A stretch of DNA of 59,561 nt, taken from NCBI GenBank assembly GCA_964473565.1, contig CAYYPI010000004.1:1-59561 (forward strand). The letters run 5' to 3'. The notes beneath the pieces are model-generated. The model worked only from the letters and a program-made list of their open reading frames with translations. It searched no databases and was not told the origin of the DNA. The translations under genes were made by a program, and so were the position numbers. The stretch comes from an uncultured Gammaproteobacteria bacterium. Its GTDB lineage: Bacteria > Patescibacteriota > Patescibacteriia > Patescibacteriales > UBA12465. This document shows positions 54,017 through 59,561 of the stretch, piece after piece (positions within the stretch are counted from its first letter, which is position 1; every line of letters begins with the position of its first letter).

Positions 54017-54469
54017 ATGAGAAAAGTAATAATATATCAGATTAGTGATGAGATTGAAATTGAAAAGTTTTTTCAACTTAAATCTTTTTCCCATACAGCA
54101 AAAATTAATATTGAAGATTTACAAATTAAGGTTTTTACTGGTTATGATAAAAAAACTTTTGTAGACGCCTTAGAGATAGCTGATTATTTAAAAACAAAAA
54201 TGATCTATAGACATGACGCTTTAAATAAAAAACCAGAAAATTTAAATAAAGCATTAGCCTATCTTTCTTCTTTAATCTTTAAAGAGAACTATGATGTACT
54301 TTTCTTAATAACTTATTTCGAACAAGCAAGAATTCTTCCTAAAATCTTTGCACAACATTTTAACAAAAGTAATAAGTTGAGATTTGATACTTTGCCTGGA
54401 GCTATTTCTTGTATTGATTTTGAAAAAAAAGAGTTTAGTATTTATATTCCCAATACAATACTAAACTAA
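54017..54469 (+). CDS. Hypothetical protein (150 aa)
   Basis: Clean ORF between two terminators. I recognise no motif. Confidence 0.6.
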   Translation: MRKVIIYQISDEIEIEKFFQLKSFSHTAKINIEDLQIKVFTGYDKKTFVDALEIADYLKTKMIYRHDALNKKPENLNKALAYLSSLIFKENYDVLFLITYFEQARILPKIFAQHFNKSNKLRFDTLPGAISCIDFEKKEFSIYIPNTILN

Positions 54470-54497
54470 AAAGGTGCCATTAAAGACACCTTTTTTT
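54468..54497. terminator. Bidirectional terminator between convergent genes
   Basis: aaaaaggtg ... cacctttttt. Confidence 0.7.
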
Positions 54498-54515
54498 ATT
54501 TTAGACTCTATTTTA

Positions 54516-55439
54516 TTATTTTTTATTTACATTTATTGCTTTTTTGTATATATCCTTTGCTGTCTTAAGGTCCTGATTATCATATATAATAGCACTTAAA
54601 GCTGCTAGTAGCTTGCTAGCATCTACAAGAGACCTTTGATGTACATTTCTACCAACAGCCACACCACCAGACTTAGCTTTATTAATCTGTTCGTGTACAA
54701 ATTTTAAGTAGTCATTGGCGCTTTTTTGTGAACCACCTACGCAAATAACTTTAGTGTTGCCAGCTGCTTTTATAACTTCTTGATATTTTTTAGCTGTGTT
54801 TGTAATAGTATTTTTGTATGGATATTTTAATTTAACAAAGTCAGCACCTAATGCATTAGCTACGCCAGCAGCTCCAGCATTTAAATGTATATCTTCATCA
54901 TTTTTAATATGTGGACCTCTGGGGTATATCCATAAAATTGTAAGTAATCCTTGTTGCTGAGCATCAAAAATAATTCTACTTGCTTCACTTAGCATTTCTT
55001 TTTCATATTTTGAGCCTAAGTAAATAGTATAGCCAACTCCAACAATATTTAGTTTATTATTATTTTTTATCTTTATTAAATCAGAGACAGAATGTAGGGC
55101 TTGGCTATGAGCATCCTTAGTTTTGTATAAATTAGTTTTACCATTCATTTTTATGATATAAGGAATCTTTTTATACTTAGCTCCATATCTACTTATTAAG
55201 CCCAAATGAGAAGCAAAAACACCAATATTAGCATGAGAAGCAATTTTAAAAAGATGTTCTGGATTTTGATCTTCTTTAGAAATATTTTTACCTATAAAGT
55301 CATCATTTAAGTGTTCTATTTTTTGATCTCCAGCAAAAAGTAATAATTTGCCAGTTTTTTTAGTGGCAATTTGCCAATTTTTTTTATATTCTTTTTGTTT
55401 GTTTTTTGGTACTGAAAGTGGAAGAACGAAATTATTCAT
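54516..55439 (-). CDS. Class I aldolase (DhnA/FbaB-type fructose-bisphosphate aldolase family)
   Basis: LLLFAGDQKIEHL, GADFVKLKYP (Schiff-base Lys context), VICVGGS, and GVAVGRNVHQ. Confidence 0.72.
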   Translation of the reverse strand: MNNFVLPLSVPKNKQKEYKKNWQIATKKTGKLLLFAGDQKIEHLNDDFIGKNISKEDQNPEHLFKIASHANIGVFASHLGLISRYGAKYKKIPYIIKMNGKTNLYKTKDAHSQALHSVSDLIKIKNNNKLNIVGVGYTIYLGSKYEKEMLSEASRIIFDAQQQGLLTILWIYPRGPHIKNDEDIHLNAGAAGVANALGADFVKLKYPYKNTITNTAKKYQEVIKAAGNTKVICVGGSQKSANDYLKFVHEQINKAKSGGVAVGRNVHQRSLVDASKLLAALSAIIYDNQDLKTAKDIYKKAINVNKK

Positions 55440-55498
55440 ATGTTTTTAATTTTATTAAAATATGATATGATTTAAATATATAAATATTATATCATTAT

Positions 55499-56416
55499 AT
55501 GGACAAAAATAAAAACAATAAGAATGAAAAGAAAGAGAATGTTGACATCCGTCAATATGATAAATTTAGTGACATTTCACACAGAGAATTAAATATTGGG
55601 TTATGGATTGCCAAGAATAAAAAGAATTTTATTATTGCCATAATTGTTATTTTAATATTCTTATCAGCTGGCTTTTTCCTCTATAGCGGCTATCATTATG
55701 CATATTATCTTTTAGAAGGCAGGGAATATGACAGACAATTGGCTGAAGACTTAAGTCGCTATGATGACTCAGCTAGACAGTATAGATTAAATAACCCCAT
55801 GCAAACTTTAGAAATTAACTTTGTGCAAAGCATTGAAACTGGTGAGGACACAGATTTAGTTAGTGAAATATATAATCCTAATGGTAGGTATTATGGACGT
55901 TTTGAATATTGTTTTGTGGTTGCTGACGAGGAAATATTATGTGATGATGATTTTATTTTCCCCCTTGAAACCAAGCATTTAATTGCCTTAGGTGTAGATC
56001 ATAATAGGCTTGAAGAAGCTGAAATTAGATTTAGTAGTGTTTCTTGGTCTAGAATTAATGCCCATAAATATCCTGATTGGTCTAAATTCTATAGTGAACA
56101 TTTAGATTTTGAAACTAGTGATATTAGATTTAGACCTGCTAGACAGAGCCCCTTATCAGATAAGCTCTCTCTTGATGCTTTAGAGTTTAATATTAAAAAT
56201 AATACAGCCTATAGTTATTGGGAAGTGCCTTTAAACATTGTACTGTACAATAATTCTAGAATTGTTGGTGTTTATAAGCATAGTCTAGATAAATTTTTAT
56301 CAGGCAGGCAAAGATCAGTGCGTTTAGTTTGGGCTGGTAATGTTATTAAGGCTGATGAGATAAAAATAAGTCCAAGTTTAAATATATTAGACCCTGATAT
56401 TTATATTGAATATTAA
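55499..56416 (+). CDS. Membrane-anchored hypothetical protein
   Basis: K/N-rich N-terminus, one TM helix (FIIAIIVILIFLSAGFFLY) and an extracytoplasmic domain. The stop is 3 nt before the SEDS gene. Confidence 0.65.
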   Translation: MDKNKNNKNEKKENVDIRQYDKFSDISHRELNIGLWIAKNKKNFIIAIIVILIFLSAGFFLYSGYHYAYYLLEGREYDRQLAEDLSRYDDSARQYRLNNPMQTLEINFVQSIETGEDTDLVSEIYNPNGRYYGRFEYCFVVADEEILCDDDFIFPLETKHLIALGVDHNRLEEAEIRFSSVSWSRINAHKYPDWSKFYSEHLDFETSDIRFRPARQSPLSDKLSLDALEFNIKNNTAYSYWEVPLNIVLYNNSRIVGVYKHSLDKFLSGRQRSVRLVWAGNVIKADEIKISPSLNILDPDIYIEY

Positions 56417-56419
56417 TAT

Positions 56420-57526
56420 ATGTTTTCTAGAATCACTTTGTTTTTAAAAAGTTTTGATTGGATTCTTTTTTTACCAGTACTACTTCTATCTTTATTTGGA
56501 CTTCTAGAGATATATAGTATTGCTTTAGGACAAGAAACTTTAAGTTTGCTTAATTTTCAGAAGCAGATCTTTTTCATTGTTATTGGAATTATCTTAATGT
56601 TTGTTGTTTCCTTGATTGATAGTTATTTCTTAAAAAGCATTAGTAAGTATTTATATGCTTTTGCAGTCTTGATTTTAGTGGCTGTTTTATTTTTAGGCAC
56701 AGAAATAAGGGGAAGTACTGGTTGGTTTTATATTTTTGGTTTCGGTATTCAACCTGTTGAATTGGTAAAAATAATACTATTAATATTTTTAGCTGATTAT
56801 TTTTCAAGACCAAGTTTAAGGTTTAAAAAATTCAGTCATTTAATTATCTCAGGTTTTTTTACAGCTATACTAGCAGGATTAGTACTTTTGCAACCTGATT
56901 TTGGTTCTGCTTTTATTTTAGTGTTTATTTGGTTCTTTTTGCTCATGGTTTCTGGTTTTAACTTTAAATATATTTTAATGGTAGTGCTTATTGGTTTATT
57001 TATTTTTGCTAGTTTATGGCTATTTTTATTTAAAGATTATCAAAAAGACAGAATAATAACCTTTGTTAACCCCAATGAAAATAGTTTAGATGAAGGTTAT
57101 AATGTTTCTCAAGCTATTATTGCTGTAGGGTCAGGCGGTATCATGGGAAGAGGTGTTGGTTTTGGTTCGCAGTCTCAGCTTAAATTCATCCCTGAAGCTC
57201 AAAATGATTTCATTTTTGCTGTTATTGCTGAAGAATTAGGCTTTCTAGGTGTATTTCTACTTATTTCCTTTTTTGCCATTTTCTTTACTAGATTAGTAAT
57301 GGCAATACGAAAAATCAATAATGATTTTGGTATATATTTTGTAATAGGTGCCTTGGGCTTGATTTTTATTCAAATGTTTATTAATATTGGAATGAATATA
57401 GGCATATTTCCCGTAGTGGGAATTTCTTTGCCTTTTGTTAGTTATGGGGGAAGTGCAATTATTTCTAATTTTATTTTACTAGGAATTTTGCAAAATATTA
57501 TAACTAAGTCTAAATTAAAGTATTAA
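56420..57526 (+). CDS. SEDS-family peptidoglycan glycosyltransferase (FtsW/RodA)
   Basis: About 10 TM helices, QPVELVKI, and FIPEAQNDFIFAVIAEELGF. Confidence 0.9.
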   Translation: MFSRITLFLKSFDWILFLPVLLLSLFGLLEIYSIALGQETLSLLNFQKQIFFIVIGIILMFVVSLIDSYFLKSISKYLYAFAVLILVAVLFLGTEIRGSTGWFYIFGFGIQPVELVKIILLIFLADYFSRPSLRFKKFSHLIISGFFTAILAGLVLLQPDFGSAFILVFIWFFLLMVSGFNFKYILMVVLIGLFIFASLWLFLFKDYQKDRIITFVNPNENSLDEGYNVSQAIIAVGSGGIMGRGVGFGSQSQLKFIPEAQNDFIFAVIAEELGFLGVFLLISFFAIFFTRLVMAIRKINNDFGIYFVIGALGLIFIQMFINIGMNIGIFPVVGISLPFVSYGGSAIISNFILLGILQNIITKSKLKY

Positions 57527-57590
57527 ATAATTTAAATATTAATGTTGATTGCTGTGAAGCAGTTAGTAATTATAAATAATAATAAGATAT

Positions 57591-58259
57591 ATGAAATTAA
57601 AAGCACAGCCAAGAGCTAAGAAAGAAAAACTTGACCATAAAACTATACCGGCAGTAGTATATGGCACAAGCATTGAAAGTAAAAGTATTAAACTTGATAA
57701 TGTAGAGTTTGAGAAAGTCTATGAAGAAGCTGGTGAATCAAGCTTGATTGATTTAATCATTGATGACGAAAAAAGTGTAAAAGTGATTGTAAAAGAGGTG
57801 CAAAAACACCCTTTTAAGAACTTAATATACAATGTTGACCTACATCAAGTTGATATGAGTCAAACAATTACAACTGAAATTCCTTTGGAATTTGTTGGTG
57901 TCTCAAAAGCAGAAAAAGAGGATGGTGCTCTTATCATGAAAAACCTTGATTCAGTGGAGGTAGAATGTTTACCTAATGACTTAGTTAATCACATTGATGT
58001 TGATTTGAGTTCATTAAATGAATTTGGTGATACTATTCATGTAAAAGACTTAAAGGTGCCAAGTGGTATGGAAATCTTGGAAGAAGCTGAAGAGGTAGTA
58101 GTTAGTGCTATTGAACCAAAAGAAGAAGATGTAGAATCTGTTGAAGGTGAAGGTGAAGTTCCTGTAGAAGGTCCGGAAGCTGAAGAAAAAGTAGATGCTA
58201 AAGTAGAAGGTGAAGAAAAAGAGGAATCAAAAGAAGAAAATAAAGAAGAGAAAAAATAA
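57591..58259 (+). CDS. rplY: Ribosomal protein bL25 (Ctc form) with an acidic tail
   Basis: IPAVVYG near the N-terminus, two-domain length, and an E/K-rich C-terminus. Confidence 0.85.
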   Translation: MKLKAQPRAKKEKLDHKTIPAVVYGTSIESKSIKLDNVEFEKVYEEAGESSLIDLIIDDEKSVKVIVKEVQKHPFKNLIYNVDLHQVDMSQTITTEIPLEFVGVSKAEKEDGALIMKNLDSVEVECLPNDLVNHIDVDLSSLNEFGDTIHVKDLKVPSGMEILEEAEEVVVSAIEPKEEDVESVEGEGEVPVEGPEAEEKVDAKVEGEEKEESKEENKEEKK

Positions 58260-58297
58260 AAGACTTGTTTGAGAAAAAACATTAATCAAAAATATTC

Positions 58298-59407
58298 ATG
58301 AAGCTGAAGAGTATAAAAGAAATATCTCTAGCTATTAAAAAAAGGTGGCAACAGTTCTCTTTAGGACTTATGCTGCTTTTTTTGTTTTTAGCTATTGTTA
58401 TTACTATAGCGCTATCATCTTCTTTCTTTACTGAAAGAACAAGTGTTTTTAAGCCTGTTGAGAATTTTATAAAAATACAAAAACAGGAAAATAATGAAAT
58501 TAAAGAAGAGAAATGTGAGGATTGTCACCTTAATCCTTTAACTGGAGTAGAGCAAAAAGAAGAATTTGGCTTTCCTATAGCTATAATAATAGATAATCAT
58601 ATTGATGCTAGACCACCGTCTTCTTTATCACAAGCTCATATAGTATATGAATTGCCAGTAGAAGGCTCTATAACTCGTTATTTAGCTATTTATGACTCTA
58701 AGCAAGACTTAGATACCATTGGTCCTATTCGAAGCGCTAGGCCTTATATGTTAGATTATGTTCAAGAATTATCAGCATTATTCGTACATGTTGGTGGTTC
58801 ACCACAAGCTTTAGTGGATATAGCTAAAGATAATATTTTTAATCTAAATGAGTTCTATAATGGTGCTATGTTTTTAAGAGATGAAAATAGACCAAAGCCT
58901 CATCATATATTTATTGAGTTTGAAAATCTTAAAGAGTACATTGAAAGACAAAACAGAGAAGAGGCTAATTTCTTTACTTGGGACTTCAAAGATAATCTAA
59001 ATGATATAGTTGAAAATAGTGATAATTTAAATACTAATATTAATATTGATTTCGGCTCTACAGCTTATGAAGTTAGCTGGGTTTATGACTTTGAGAAAAA
59101 TAATTATATTAGAACTTTAAATGATAAAGTTCATGTTGATGATAGAAATATAGATATTAGAGCTAAAAATCTAATTATACAAAAGGTTGATAGTAGAGTT
59201 TTAGATGAAAAACTAAGGTTAAAAGTAGATGTTATTGGTGAGGGTGAGGCTGTGATCTGTTTTGAGGCGCAATGTAAAGAGGGAACTTGGGAAAAAGATA
59301 GTGCAAAAGCTAGAACACGTTATTATGTAAATAAAAAAGAAGTAGATTTTAGCACTGGTAACTTTTGGATAGAGCTACTTGATCAAAATGCTGTATTGAC
59401 ATACTAA
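58298..59407 (+). CDS. DUF3048-domain protein (YerB-like), membrane anchored
   Basis: TM helix, then PIAIIIDNHIDARPPSSLSQAHIVYELPVEGSITRYLAIY, which is typical of DUF3048. Confidence 0.8.
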   Translation: MKLKSIKEISLAIKKRWQQFSLGLMLLFLFLAIVITIALSSSFFTERTSVFKPVENFIKIQKQENNEIKEEKCEDCHLNPLTGVEQKEEFGFPIAIIIDNHIDARPPSSLSQAHIVYELPVEGSITRYLAIYDSKQDLDTIGPIRSARPYMLDYVQELSALFVHVGGSPQALVDIAKDNIFNLNEFYNGAMFLRDENRPKPHHIFIEFENLKEYIERQNREEANFFTWDFKDNLNDIVENSDNLNTNINIDFGSTAYEVSWVYDFEKNNYIRTLNDKVHVDDRNIDIRAKNLIIQKVDSRVLDEKLRLKVDVIGEGEAVICFEAQCKEGTWEKDSAKARTRYYVNKKEVDFSTGNFWIELLDQNAVLTY

Positions 59408-59440
59408 GTAGAACTTAATATTTCCCCTGTAAATATATAA

Positions 59441-59466
59441 GACGAGCTTAATAGCTCGTTTTTATT
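59441..59466 (+). terminator. Rho-independent terminator
   Basis: acgagct-taat-agctcgt followed by TTTTTATT. Confidence 0.7.
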
Positions 59467-59561
59467 AATTAACTTAATCTTGCACTTTAAAGCAGACTGT
59501 GGGGTGTAGGTAATGTGCACACACATATGGCGGTTTTTCAAGAAATATGAGAAACTTACCT

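Noticed and set aside
729-58282. Nested or antisense 60-95-aa ORFs inside longer genes: 729-956, 3484-3720, 7254-7541, 8352-8540, 9495-9686, 10283-10471, 19954-20151, 21031-21246, 21601-21822, 21941-22198, 22247-22429, 36872-37132, 39116-39301, 42166-42432, 43375-43587, 43876-44118, 44344-44553, 45738-45950, 45997-46185, 49361-49630, 58037-58282.
   Set aside because: Each is fully contained in a longer ORF with clear family motifs. Their compositions are low-complexity (S/L/F-rich), typical of wrong-frame translation. None has its own SD or terminator.
59470-59561. A slightly GC-richer tail (..gtggggtgtaggtaatgtgcacacacatatggcgg..), considered as the start of a tmRNA, SRP RNA or rRNA.
   Set aside because: I could find none of the conserved 5' motifs of those RNAs, and the segment is truncated by the window edge.
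1-59561. Possibility of an alternative genetic code (for example UGA recoding, as in some candidate phyla).
   Set aside because: All conserved genes (dnaE, thrS, purA, parAB, mnmA and others) are full length and uninterrupted under the standard code, so no recoding is needed.

Overview
This is an AT-rich, compact bacterial chromosomal window that reads cleanly with the standard genetic code. I found no rRNA genes and no CRISPR array.

The first ~36 kb is envelope and accessory DNA:
- A small HTH gene with a phased palindrome array.
- An ECF sigma / putative anti-sigma pair.
- A ~230-nt structured inverted repeat in front of a 1147-aa secreted acidic surface protein.
- A compact IS256/Mutator-like insertion sequence with perfect 25-bp inverted repeats.
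- purA and an S51 peptidase.
- Two AbiEi/AbiEii (type IV toxin-antitoxin) modules that bracket a very AT-rich glycan-assembly island. The island holds GT2/GT4/GT8 transferases, an FkbM methyltransferase, an epimerase, a fused ABC exporter and a Wzy_C+TPR ligase-like protein.
- An orphan encapsulated-ferritin-like gene.
- A 1471-aa secreted multidomain protein (permuted papain-like, SNase-like, 2x lamin-tail, 2x LamG-like).

RNase P RNA (rnpB) then separates this from a second glycan block with a WbaP-like priming transferase and 2 GT4 genes.

The remaining ~20 kb is housekeeping: mnmA, tRNA-Leu(CAA), parAB, a PAICS-like purC-purE fusion, a pyrF-phosphoribosyltransferase fusion, dnaE, a Lys-rich membrane protein, a T-box-controlled thrS lacking the TGS domain, a class I aldolase, a SEDS protein, bL25 and a DUF3048 protein.

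Gene content and the pervasive low-complexity inserts are reminiscent of small-genome Patescibacteria/CPR-type bacteria; this is inference only.

Most interesting to me:
- The secreted multidomain protein with an apparently catalytically degenerate nuclease fold.
- The eukaryote-style nucleotide-biosynthesis fusions.
- A possible protein O-glycosylation pathway bracketed by toxin-antitoxin modules.
- The structured element upstream of the surface-protein gene.
- The A8 tract that uncouples the transposase ATG from its zinc-ribbon reading frame.
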